A DNA stretch of 49,785 nt from an uncultured Lentisphaeraceae bacterium (GCA_964650165.1 CAZYQF010000002.1:1-49785), one strand, 5' to 3'; shown: positions 35,319-46,925, counted from the first letter of the stretch. A program made the numbers and translations. Notes: generated by a model from the letters alone, not told the origin.

Positions 35319-36311
35319 TCAGACGAGATCGCCCATGTAACCCATCTCCGAAAGGACGCGCGGATTCTTCATCCAGTTGGGCTCCACCTGAACCCAGAGT
35401 TCGAGCTCGACCTTCACGCCGAAGATGTCCTTGAGCTCGCGCTCGGAACACTTGCGGACATACTTGATCGTCTCCGCCGCCCTGCCGATCACGATCGGCT
35501 TCTGACTGTCGCGGTTGACGAGAATCGCCACCTCGACCTTCCAGCGCGACCCCTCGTCGACGATCTTCTTGACGATGACGCCGAGTTCGTGCGGAAGCTC
35601 CTGGTGGAGCTTCGCGAGGTATTTCTCGCGGACCGAGTCTGCAATCGTCAGCTTCCGCGGATAGTCCGTGACGATGCTGTCGTCGAAGAGCTTCTCCCCC
35701 TCCTCGGCAAACTCGAAGAGGGCGTCCATCACGCCCTTCGCTCCGCCTTCCGTCGTGGAAATGGCCTTGGCCCAGACGGGCTCGACGACAGGTTCAAGCG
35801 GTTCAAGCGGCTGCGCCGGTTCAAGAGGTTCAATGTTTTCACCTGAACCCTTTGAACCTTTTGAACCGATGGCGTCTTGAACGTCCTTCTTGGCCGTCTC
35901 CCACGCGTCCCGGTACATCGTTTCGAAGAACGGCGCGCGGTCGGCCTTGTTGAGGACGAAGACAACCTTCTCGGGCCTTTCCCTCGCCACGCGCTGCATC
36001 CAGCCGACGTCCTCGAGCTGGGGTTCCTGGGCGGCGTCGAAGACGATGCACAGGATGTCCGTGCCGGCGGCGGAACGGCGCGCCATGCGGTTGAGAATCT
36101 TGCCGAGATTGCCCACGGCCTTGTGAAGGCCGGGAGTGTCGAGAAGGACAAGCTGACCCCTCGAATCGGCGACGATTCCGCGGATCGTGTTGCGGGTCGT
36201 CTGCTCGACCGGCGAGACGATCGAGACCTTCTCGCCGACGAGGGCGTTGACGAGCGTGGACTTGCCCGCGTTCGTCCGCCCCACCACTCCGACTACTGCG
36301 ACTTTAGACAA
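35319..36311 (-). CDS. era: GTPase Era with an insertion between G4 and G5
   Basis: G1 GRTNAGKST, G3 DTPG, G4 NKAD, and a C-terminal KH domain (VIGRAAETIK, ELWVQV). TTG start at 36311 with GGAAGG upstream. An extra roughly 35 aa includes GSKGSKGSGENIEPLEPAQPLEPLEP. Confidence 0.9.
   Translation of the reverse strand: MSKVAVVGVVGRTNAGKSTLVNALVGEKVSIVSPVEQTTRNTIRGIVADSRGQLVLLDTPGLHKAVGNLGKILNRMARRSAAGTDILCIVFDAAQEPQLEDVGWMQRVARERPEKVVFVLNKADRAPFFETMYRDAWETAKKDVQDAIGSKGSKGSGENIEPLEPAQPLEPLEPVVEPVWAKAISTTEGGAKGVMDALFEFAEEGEKLFDDSIVTDYPRKLTIADSVREKYLAKLHQELPHELGVIVKKIVDEGSRWKVEVAILVNRDSQKPIVIGRAAETIKYVRKCSERELKDIFGVKVELELWVQVEPNWMKNPRVLSEMGYMGDLV
35791..35867. repeat. Composite palindromic repeat inside era: 4 direct GGTTCAA units facing 3 TTGAACC units
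   Basis: GGTTCAAG at 35791, 35800 and 35818, and GGTTCAAT at 35827. Inverted TGAACC/TTGAACC at 35844, 35852 and 35861. Confidence 0.85.
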
Positions 36312-36380
36312 AAATTCAAACCTTCCAGAATTTCCAATACCAGGCTCGCGCCAACAACCAACTGCCGACTGCCGACTGAA

Positions 36381-38060
36381 TCAGGGGACCGGGAAGCCGG
36401 CCACGAGCTCGGCGGCCTCGCGCTTGACGCGCTGCTGGACCGTCGTGTCCGCGATGTTGTCGAGAACGTCCGCAATCCAGGTTCCGATCTTGATCATCTC
36501 GGGCTCCTTCATGCCGCGGGTCGTCGCCGAAGCGGTGCCGACGCGGATGCCGGAGGTCTTGAACGGAGACTCGGTGTCGTACGGAATCGTGTTCTTGTTG
36601 ACGATGATGCCGGCCGCGTCAAGCGCCGCCGCGGCCTCCTTGCCGGTGATGCCCTTCGAGGTCTTCACGTCGACGAGGAACAGATGGTTGTCCGTGCCGC
36701 CGGAGACGATCCGGTAGCCGCGGTCCTGGACCGTCTTGCACATTACCTGGCAGTTCTTGACGACCTGCTGGGCGTAGCCCTTCTTCGCGGGCATCATCCA
36801 TTCGCGGAACATGACCGCCTTCGCGGCGATGATGTTCTCGAGCGGACCGCCCTGCATGCCGGGGAACACCGCGCTGTCGAGCGCCTTCGCCCAGGTCTCC
36901 TTGCAGAGCACCATGCCGCCGCGGGGGCCGCCGAGGGTCTTGTGCGTTGTGGTCGTGACGAAGTCGGCGTAGGGGACGGGCGACTCGTGGGCGCCGCCGG
37001 CGACAAGGCCGGCGATGTGGGCCATGTCGACCACCATGATGCAGCCGACCTTGTCGCAGATCTCGCGGACGCGCTTGAAGTCGATCTTGCGCGGATAGGC
37101 CGAGGCGCCGGTCAGCAGGATCTTCGGCTTGATCTCCATCGCCTGCTTCTCCATCGCGTCGTAGTCGAGCATCTCGGTCTTGGCGTCGACGGTGTAGGGA
37201 ACGATGTTGTAGATCTTGCCGGAAAAGTTGACCGGGGAGCCGTGCGAGAGGTGTCCGCCCTGGTCCAGCGACATCGACATGATGGTGTCGCCGGGCTTGA
37301 TCGTCGCGAAGTAGACGGCCATGTTCGCCGCGGAACCGCAATGCGGCTGGACGTTGGCGTGCTCGGCGCCGAACAACTTGCAGGCGCGCGTGCGGGCGAG
37401 CTCCTCGGCCGCGTCGACGGGAAGGCATCCCGAATACCAGCGCTTGCCCGGATAACCCTCGGCATACTTGTTCATCAGAACCGAACCGGCCGCCTCGCGA
37501 CACGCGCGGGACGAAGTGTTCTCGGACGCGATGAGGTTGATCTCGGCGTCCTCTTGTTCGGTCTGCGCCTTAATCGTGGCAAAGACCTCGGGGTCGTCCC
37601 AAAGGAGCCCGGAGCAGTCCGAGAGTCGGTTGGCGCGCTCGAGTTTCCAGCGGCGGCGGGCATGGCGCTCCGAATCGTCAACGGGAGTCGCGACGAAAGT
37701 CTTGGCAATCTCGACCGCGTAGTCGGCCGAAACGACGTCCGCGCCAAGGCAGAGGACGTTGGCGCCATTGTGCTGACGCGTGATCGTCGCGGCTTCGGTC
37801 GTCTGGCAGATCGCCGCACGGACGTTCTGAAAGCGATTCGCGCACATGGACATTCCGATTCCGCTGCGGCAGATGAGAATGCCAAAATCCGCTTCTCCCG
37901 AAGAGACGTCGAGGGCAACCGCATCCGCATAGTCCGGATAATCGCAGCTCTTCTTGTCCGCCGGACCCTTGTCGATCATCGTCGCCTGACCGGAAAGCGC
38001 GGTGACGAGGACGGATTTGAGATCAACCCCTCCGTGGTCTGAAGCAATGGCAATTTTCAT
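36381..38060 (-). CDS. glyA: Fusion protein: ribose-5-phosphate isomerase B (RpiB/LacAB family) + serine hydroxymethyltransferase (GlyA)
   Basis: A single uninterrupted 559-aa ORF. Residues 1 to about 145 read [11 protein letters not shown]...[16 protein letters not shown]...[10 protein letters not shown]...ERHARR (RpiB). Residues from about 160 to the end read [45 protein letters not shown] and [14 protein letters not shown] (SHMT). AAGGGAG SD. Confidence 0.9.
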   Translation of the reverse strand: MKIAIASDHGGVDLKSVLVTALSGQATMIDKGPADKKSCDYPDYADAVALDVSSGEADFGILICRSGIGMSMCANRFQNVRAAICQTTEAATITRQHNGANVLCLGADVVSADYAVEIAKTFVATPVDDSERHARRRWKLERANRLSDCSGLLWDDPEVFATIKAQTEQEDAEINLIASENTSSRACREAAGSVLMNKYAEGYPGKRWYSGCLPVDAAEELARTRACKLFGAEHANVQPHCGSAANMAVYFATIKPGDTIMSMSLDQGGHLSHGSPVNFSGKIYNIVPYTVDAKTEMLDYDAMEKQAMEIKPKILLTGASAYPRKIDFKRVREICDKVGCIMVVDMAHIAGLVAGGAHESPVPYADFVTTTTHKTLGGPRGGMVLCKETWAKALDSAVFPGMQGGPLENIIAAKAVMFREWMMPAKKGYAQQVVKNCQVMCKTVQDRGYRIVSGGTDNHLFLVDVKTSKGITGKEAAAALDAAGIIVNKNTIPYDTESPFKTSGIRVGTASATTRGMKEPEMIKIGTWIADVLDNIADTTVQQRVKREAAELVAGFPVP

Positions 38061-38116
38061 CTGTACTCCCTTGTAGTTTAAATATTAAATAATGTGTTAA
38101 ATGTTAAATATTGTAT

Positions 38117-40948
<2,832 letters not shown>

Positions 40949-40956
<8 letters not shown>

Positions 40957-41560
40957 GTTTCTTCACCATTCCTTTCACCTGGTCCGTGAAAATGACGAGA
41001 AAGAGCGCGACCATCGCGAACTCGATGCCCTGCGAGGGAATCGGGAGCTCGCTTCCGGCGAGCCCGCCGAGCGTCGTGCCGACCGTCCAGTAGGAGACGT
41101 TGAGCGCATGGTTCCAGAGGCAATAGAGGCGGTTGCGGAGCGGGTTGCCGTACTTGCAGGCGATGTCGAGCGCGTAGATCTCGTCCGCAAGCGAGTGCAC
41201 GAGAAACCACTTCTGGAGCAGCGGAATCCCTCGCCACTTTCCAAGCATGGAGATGCCGTAGAACGCATAGCGGAAGTTGATGCCGATCGTCAGGAGCGCG
41301 ACCTGCCAGAAGCCGAAGGACTGCGCGAGCGCCGGCACGATCGCGAAGCTCAGCGTCCCCGAGACGCACGAAAAGCCAATGAGGCCGGCCCAGAATGCCG
41401 GACAGGGCACGTTTCCCGCCTTGGCCATGAGGACGCCGGCGGCGAACCCCATCGTCGTGTAGCCCATGAGCACGGGAAGCGAGTCGACCAGCGCGCGCCT
41501 GAAGACGGCGCGGCGCTCACGAGGCGCGATCTGCGAGAAGCTTGGCAACACGTTCGGCAT
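40949..41560 (-). CDS. azlC: AzlC family branched-chain amino acid permease subunit
   Basis: PVLMGYTTMGFAAGVL, INFRYAFYG and multi-TM AzlC architecture. 8-nt overlap with the azlD-like gene. Confidence 0.85.
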
Positions 41561-42278
41561 CCTCGGGCGTATCCACGCCCACGCCTTCGTCCTCGGTTTT
41601 CACAACGGCGATCTTCGCGCCCATCCACAGCGCCCGGAGCTGCTCGAGCTTCTCGGTCTTCTCAAGCGCGCACGGCGGCTCGGCAATGTAACGCTTGAGG
41701 AATCCGCCCCGGTAGGCGTAGATGCCGAGATGACGGACGTAGAGTCCGCCCGCGAGGTCGGGCGCGCTGTCGCGGTCGCAGGGAATCGGCGCGCGGGAGA
41801 AATACATCGCCCCGTCGTCGCGGTCAAGGACGACCTTCACGACGGACCTCGCCGCAAGGTCGGCGGCGGAGCGGATCGGAGTCACGGCCGTGGCCATCGA
41901 CCAGCGCGGATCGTCCTTGAGCTTCTGCGCGAGCGCCTCGACCAGCTTCGGGTCGATCAGGGGCTCGTCGCCCTGGATGTTGACCAGGATGTCGTCATCG
42001 TCGAAATCGCATCCGAGGAAGTTCTTCGCCGCGCAGGCGATGCGGTCGGTTCCGCTCGGCAGCTCCGACGGGGTCATCACCGCCGCGCCGCCGTACTGCT
42101 CGACCGCCGCGACGATGCGAGGGTCGTCCGTCGCCACGAGAACGGCATCAAGGCCCCGGGCCTTCTTCACGGCCTCGACGACCCAGGCGACGAGAGGCTT
42201 GCCCGCGAGCATCGCCAGTGGCTTGCCGGGAAACCTGCTGGAACCGAACCTACTGGGGATTATTCCGTACGTCTTCAT
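41517..42278 (-). CDS. kdsB: 3-deoxy-manno-octulosonate cytidylyltransferase (CMP-Kdo synthetase)
   Basis: GIIPSRFGSSRFPGKPL, VATDD, GTDR, NIQGDEP and LEQLRALW motifs. Start at ATG 42278. Confidence 0.9.
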   Translation of the reverse strand: MKTYGIIPSRFGSSRFPGKPLAMLAGKPLVAWVVEAVKKARGLDAVLVATDDPRIVAAVEQYGGAAVMTPSELPSGTDRIACAAKNFLGCDFDDDDILVNIQGDEPLIDPKLVEALAQKLKDDPRWSMATAVTPIRSAADLAARSVVKVVLDRDDGAMYFSRAPIPCDRDSAPDLAGGLYVRHLGIYAYRGGFLKRYIAEPPCALEKTEKLEQLRALWMGAKIAVVKTEDEGVGVDTPEDAERVAKLLADRAS

Positions 42279-44340
42279 TTTCAACCAACTCCACTTTCGA
42301 AAAGAAACTCTTGCGGATGAACGGCAGACGGCGCTCCTGGCGTTCAAGCGCCCACATGACGAACGCCCACTTGCGGTCGAAGTCGAACACCGCGGGAAGA
42401 TCCGGCTTGAACGACTCGAACTGGTCGCGCATCACCGACAGCTGCCAGGCCATCGCATGCGTACGGAACTCGAAGCCGTCCATGAACCGCTCCGCGACCT
42501 CGGCCATCGTCACCGCGTGTTTTCTCTGAAACGCCTTGAGCGCATGCGCATAATGCTGCAGGTAGAAGCTTCCGATCGCCTGGAGGTTGTCGTCGGTAAA
42601 CGCGCGATCGGGCCAGCCGAAGCTGCCGCGGATCGAGCACGTCGCCACGCTCTTGGGGACAACGCGCTGGCGGATGATGTCATACTCGAACTCGTAAATC
42701 TCCTTGCCGACGCCGAAGAGCGGCGACTGGGTGAGGGGATCGAACTTCTTCATCGCGAGGTTCTGCGCCGCGGCGTCGCCCATCAGCGTCGCAAGGGCGA
42801 GAACGACATCCTTCTCCTCGACCGAGGCGTCGTCCGCGTTGCAGAAGTAGTTCGCCGGAATCGACTCCATCGGCTCGCCCTCGCACCGCTCGCGGATGTA
42901 ATAATCGATCCGGCGCCCGGAATGCTGGCGGCGCCTGAGGAGCCGGTAATTGCGGCTCAAGGAAAGACCCAGCGCCTTCAGGACGCCGATGCGTGCGAGC
43001 ATGTAGCTGCCATACTCCTGCCGGGAGCTCGTAAGCCGCTTCTCGACGAGGCTCTTCTCGAGGGGACTGCGGTTCGTGCGGTAGACGACCTCGCGCGTCT
43101 TGCCCTTCCCGATCGGCGCGTCTCCCTCCTGCTCGCGCAGCTCGTAGACGTTCGCATAGAGGACGATCTCGTCCTTGGACATGAGTCCGCGCAGGTTGGA
43201 GAGGAGGATCTCGGTTCGGTCGTCGGAGCGCGGATGCATGACCGGGCGGCCCTTGACGAACGTCGCGCCCGGAAGCGCGGTCCGCCGGTCGTCGAACGCT
43301 GGAGTCGATCCCTCTCCGGAGACGGAGTAGATCTCTCCGGAGACGTACATGTAGAGTGTCTCCGCGAAATCCTTCGAAGTCTCGTCCGAGAGCGAAGGCC
43401 GCGTCAGCAGAGACTCGTAGAGCGCGGCGATCTCGGCGGCTTTCGCGATGACGCCGAGTTGCCCGATCCGCCCGAGCGCGACGGACTCCATGAGCCGTTC
43501 GAGCTCGGGGACGATCGTCTCGATCGCGACGCCGCGGCGGAGTCCGAACAGCTCGATCTCATGGTGTCCGCGCACCTTCTGCAGGCGCGTAAAAGACATT
43601 GTGGCGCCCTCGTAGACGGACACGAGCTCGCGAAGACCCTTCACGAACTCGTCGGGGTCGGTCTGCGCCCATTCCGCGAAACGACGGAACTCGGCGTACG
43701 AGAGGAAGTGGACGCCGCGCATCGAGTGATAGTAGGTGATCTTCGTCGAAATGCGCTTCTTCGCCGCGGCAAGAGCGACCTTCATCTCCGTTTCCGTCCA
43801 CGCGAGCGGCTTGATGCGCCACTCTTGTCCGAGCTGGCGGTAGTGCTCGAGCGTCTGGTCGTTGCGCTCGCCCATCACGATGTCGGGCATCGTGAAGCCG
43901 GCGGCCCCCAGGAGCCACTCGTCCGCCTCCCAGAGCTTTTTCGACGGAACCTCGCGCTGCGAGATCTCGATCGTGTCCCTGACCACGTTGGCGCAGAGAA
44001 CCGCGTGCATCAGCACGTCGCCGCGTTTGTCGGAGGGAAGGGCCGAGAGCTTCCAAAAGCGGCCGTCCAGGAGCGGAAACGCCCCGACCGCATGGTTCCC
44101 CGTGGTCATCGTGAGCACGCGGCCGCGGGCGCTGCGGCGGAGGTCGCGCTTCTCGACGACGAGCACGCTCGGATGCTCGTCCAGATGGGCGTTGACGCCC
44201 TTTTCCAAGATGTAGGTGTCGTCGCCGACGTCCCACGCGCGGAATTCGCGCTCGCGCCCCATGGAAACAGTCTTCACGCAGCCCGGACGCCTGACGCCCG
44301 TCCGCGTGATCCGCCCCAGGAATGCGCGGATCGCCTTCAT
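42250..44340 (-). CDS. Large uncharacterised protein (696 aa), possibly an atypical kinase-like C-terminal domain
   Basis: Long ORF with good coding character. ATG 44340 forms an ATGA overlap with the upstream stop. I recognise no family with confidence. The C-terminal pattern YIRERCEG ... LMGDAAAQNLAM ... EIYEFEYD recalls the AceK-type kinase core. Confidence 0.7.
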   Translation of the reverse strand: MKAIRAFLGRITRTGVRRPGCVKTVSMGREREFRAWDVGDDTYILEKGVNAHLDEHPSVLVVEKRDLRRSARGRVLTMTTGNHAVGAFPLLDGRFWKLSALPSDKRGDVLMHAVLCANVVRDTIEISQREVPSKKLWEADEWLLGAAGFTMPDIVMGERNDQTLEHYRQLGQEWRIKPLAWTETEMKVALAAAKKRISTKITYYHSMRGVHFLSYAEFRRFAEWAQTDPDEFVKGLRELVSVYEGATMSFTRLQKVRGHHEIELFGLRRGVAIETIVPELERLMESVALGRIGQLGVIAKAAEIAALYESLLTRPSLSDETSKDFAETLYMYVSGEIYSVSGEGSTPAFDDRRTALPGATFVKGRPVMHPRSDDRTEILLSNLRGLMSKDEIVLYANVYELREQEGDAPIGKGKTREVVYRTNRSPLEKSLVEKRLTSSRQEYGSYMLARIGVLKALGLSLSRNYRLLRRRQHSGRRIDYYIRERCEGEPMESIPANYFCNADDASVEEKDVVLALATLMGDAAAQNLAMKKFDPLTQSPLFGVGKEIYEFEYDIIRQRVVPKSVATCSIRGSFGWPDRAFTDDNLQAIGSFYLQHYAHALKAFQRKHAVTMAEVAERFMDGFEFRTHAMAWQLSVMRDQFESFKPDLPAVFDFDRKWAFVMWALERQERRLPFIRKSFFSKVELVENEDVRNNPQ

Positions 44341-46031
44341 GCCTTCGCGCCCCCGTGTTCGTGACACGCACAGCCGCTGCCGCGCCCGTTCTGGAATTCC
44401 ACTTCGGCCGCGATCAGGTCTTCCGCAAGCGCGGCGACCGCGTTGAGGCCCGCCTTGTCCGCAGCGTCGAGGAGATTCTCAAGCGCCGGCAAGACGTATT
44501 TGCCGAACTGGGGCTGTCCGACGGACGCGAGACGCCCGTACGCGCCAAGGCACTGCACGAGACGCTGCACCGCGGCCGCGGGAAGGACCTTCGCCACATC
44601 GGGGCGTCCGCTCTCCTTCGCGTAGAGCGCGACGAGTGCCTGGCGCTCCCCGTCCGTGAACTTCGCGTAGGGATCGTAGACGAGCGACGCGAGGTCGTAG
44701 ACACCGGGTCCGAGGCGCATGCCCTGGAAGTCGATGATGCTGTGCCGGTCGTTGATCCAGAGGACGTTGGTGGACTGGAAGTCGCGATGGACGAGCGCCT
44801 TCGGCTCGCGCTCCAGCATCTCGGCGACCGCGGCAAGCTCCTTCTCGACTCCTTCGGACATCGCCGTCCCGTAGCGGGCGACGAGGCAGTGCGTGCGGAA
44901 GAGATTCCGCTCCCACGCCCAGGTCCCGGCGTCGAACTCGGGCAGCAAGTCGAGCTCGCCCAGTTTCGGATGGCTCCCGAGCGCGTTGAACCGGGCCAGC
45001 GTCTCGACGACCTTGGCGTAATCCGTCAGATTCATCTTGTGCTCGGCGCCGGCATAGGAGAGGACAAGCGTCTTGAGGGACGCGAGGTCCGCCAGCACCT
45101 CGGGCACGGGAATGCCGTTCTCCTTCAGGAAGCGCGCATGTCCGGCGTAAAGGCCGTTCTCGTCGCGGTTGCCGTCGTCATAGAGGACGATGACGCCCTT
45201 GTCGCAGCGGAAAAACACGCGTTCGCTGCCGCGGGCGCCGAGGAAGGACACCGGACCCTTCGAACCGACCGCCGCAAGCGCGGCCCTGACCTGGGGAAAC
45301 TCGTCGAACGCGTTGTCGTCCCCGTCGCGGTTCAGGTCGATGTAGCTCGGAATCGTCCCGGCGTCGGTCCACAGCATCTCCTTGGCGCGGATCGCCTTGA
45401 TGAACTTTCCGTCCATCATCGCCTTCTCGTAGGCGCCGACGACCGAGGAGAAGCCCTCGGGTTTGACGTACGGGAGAATCTCCGGCTTGAGGACGGCGAT
45501 GCCGCAGTAGGTATAGGTTCCGTCGAAACCCGCGTCTTCGCTTCTCCAGTTGGTGACGAAACCGCTCTCGGGCTCGACCTCGATTGTCCGAGGACCCGTC
45601 TCGCTCACCAGCGCGCAGCCGAGGACGTCCGGCGCGTCGAAGTCGCGGACATTCCCCGTCGGATCCGGCGCGTGCTCGACGACGATGTCGCCGTTGACGA
45701 GATAGAACGGCTCGTCGCCGATCCACTCGCGAAGCGGATTCAGGACGCCGCCCGTGCCGAGGATCTCCGGCTCGTAGCTGACCTTGACCTTGACCTTGCC
45801 TCCCGCGGCGCAAACGCCGCGCCGGAACCCGTCCGCCCACGCCTTGACCTGCTCGTGCAGGCAGTGCGAGTTGAACGCAAAGTCATCGACACCCCACGAA
45901 CGGAGCATCTCGACAATCCGCCCGATCATCGGCTCGCCCCACACGGGCATCAGCGGCTTCGGGGTGGCGCAGGTGAACGGACGCAAACGCGTCCCGTGTC
46001 CCGCCGCCAGAACTATCGCTTTCCTGATCAT
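44337..46031 (-). CDS. Fusion: sugar-1-phosphate nucleotidyltransferase (MurU-like) + aminoglycoside-phosphotransferase-fold sugar kinase (AmgK-like)
   Basis: N-terminus MIRKAIVLAAGHGTRLRPFTCATPKPLMPV ... LVNGD (NTP_transferase). C-terminus LVHRDFQSTNVLW...IIDFQGMRLGPGVYDLASLVYDP (APH/AmgK-type). The start is either ATG 46031 or GTG 46055. Confidence 0.8.
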   Translation of the reverse strand: MIRKAIVLAAGHGTRLRPFTCATPKPLMPVWGEPMIGRIVEMLRSWGVDDFAFNSHCLHEQVKAWADGFRRGVCAAGGKVKVKVSYEPEILGTGGVLNPLREWIGDEPFYLVNGDIVVEHAPDPTGNVRDFDAPDVLGCALVSETGPRTIEVEPESGFVTNWRSEDAGFDGTYTYCGIAVLKPEILPYVKPEGFSSVVGAYEKAMMDGKFIKAIRAKEMLWTDAGTIPSYIDLNRDGDDNAFDEFPQVRAALAAVGSKGPVSFLGARGSERVFFRCDKGVIVLYDDGNRDENGLYAGHARFLKENGIPVPEVLADLASLKTLVLSYAGAEHKMNLTDYAKVVETLARFNALGSHPKLGELDLLPEFDAGTWAWERNLFRTHCLVARYGTAMSEGVEKELAAVAEMLEREPKALVHRDFQSTNVLWINDRHSIIDFQGMRLGPGVYDLASLVYDPYAKFTDGERQALVALYAKESGRPDVAKVLPAAAVQRLVQCLGAYGRLASVGQPQFGKYVLPALENLLDAADKAGLNAVAALAEDLIAAEVEFQNGRGSGCACHEHGGAKA

Positions 46032-46043
46032 TGTCACCAACTC

Positions 46044-46085
46044 ATCACGAGCCACGAATCACGAACCACGATCCGCGAATCACCG
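46044..46085. repeat. Heptanucleotide tandem repeat, 6 units (ATCACGA GCCACGA ATCACGA ACCACGA TCCGCGA ATCACCG)
   Basis: Read directly from the sequence. It spans the stop of the upstream membrane-protein gene and the 5' region of murU-amgK. Confidence 0.8.
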
Positions 46086-46889
46086 ATACGCGCTCCGCTG
46101 CTGCTGCATGCGGACCTTCGGCTCCTCGAGGAGCAGCGAATACCACTGATCGCCGAGACCCGAATTGCTGAAGTGCGCGACCCGGTTGTTCATCAGGCAT
46201 TCGTGGTTGCGCTTCAGCGTCTCGTTGTCGGAGTTCTTGAGCGCGACGGCGAGGGCCTTGAACGCCTCGTCGACCTTCTCGCGCTTGACGAGAATCCAGC
46301 TCCAGGCCGCGGCCAGGAGCACGTTCTGGTTGTACTTGAGCCGCGCGACGCCCTTGAGGTACACCTTCTCCATCGCCTTGAGGTCCTCGTTGCGCATCTG
46401 CATGCGCGCGAGCTTCATCGCGACCGAAGTGGGGTCGAGGAACATCGCCTTGGGCATGAGCGCATCGACTTTTTTGAAGTCGCGGACCATCCAGCTGAGC
46501 TGCAGCTGCGCGGTCGCGATCTGGCGCTCGATCATCGGCACCCAGAGACGGTACTTGCGCAGGCCTTCGGTTTCGGCAAGGGCGTCCTTGACGAAGACGC
46601 GCGTGTCGTCCATCATCTCCTTCTGCGCGGCCTGAATCGATCCCGGCGGACGCATCTGCCAGCGCTGCATCTTCTGCTGAAGCTTCTTCTGTCCGTTCTC
46701 GAGGATCAGCTGGACCCGCATCATGTCGCCCTTGACCTTGCGCTGAAGGACGATTCCAGCGCCGGCTTGGACGAGTCCAAACGCGAGAATGCCGAGAAAA
46801 ACGCTCCAGCCCCAGCCGAGGTCCGCGCCGTACTGCGACGCGGCAAAACCGCCGCATCCCGCGGCGATTGCAATCATCAGTGTAATCAT
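46080..46889 (-). CDS. Hypothetical membrane protein (2 N-terminal TM segments + helical soluble domain)
   Basis: MITLMIAIAAGCGGFAASQY and WSVFLGILAFGLVQAGAGIVL TM segments. The remainder is helical and Q/K/M-rich, with a TPR-like end. Leaderless-type promoter upstream. Confidence 0.65.
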   Translation of the reverse strand: MITLMIAIAAGCGGFAASQYGADLGWGWSVFLGILAFGLVQAGAGIVLQRKVKGDMMRVQLILENGQKKLQQKMQRWQMRPPGSIQAAQKEMMDDTRVFVKDALAETEGLRKYRLWVPMIERQIATAQLQLSWMVRDFKKVDALMPKAMFLDPTSVAMKLARMQMRNEDLKAMEKVYLKGVARLKYNQNVLLAAAWSWILVKREKVDEAFKALAVALKNSDNETLKRNHECLMNNRVAHFSNSGLGDQWYSLLLEEPKVRMQQQRSAYR

Positions 46890-46895
46890 GGTCAG

Positions 46896-46905
46896 ATTAT
46901 ATCAT
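46896..46905 (-). promoter_or_regulatory. Extended -10 promoter ATGATATAAT, 6 nt upstream of the ATG at 46889 (leaderless candidate)
   Basis: Minus strand reads GAAATGATATAATCTGACC-ATG. No SD. Confidence 0.55.
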
Positions 46906-46925
46906 TTCTCAACACAATTTTGGCG

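Noticed and set aside
42250-44340. Reading LMGDAAAQN in the 696-aa protein as a PI3K/PI4K-type GDRHxxN catalytic loop.
   Set aside because: The Arg-His of the GDRH motif is replaced by Ala-Ala and no DFG-like motif follows at the right spacing. The AceK-like comparison fits the ordered motifs better, although it is also unverified.
46032-46055. GTG 46055 as the start of the murU-amgK fusion (the track start).
   Set aside because: ATG 46031 gives the canonical nucleotidyltransferase N-terminus MIRKAIVLAAGHGTRLRP. The 8 extra residues from GTG have no support. I have not fully excluded this start, and it matters for interpreting the heptad repeat.
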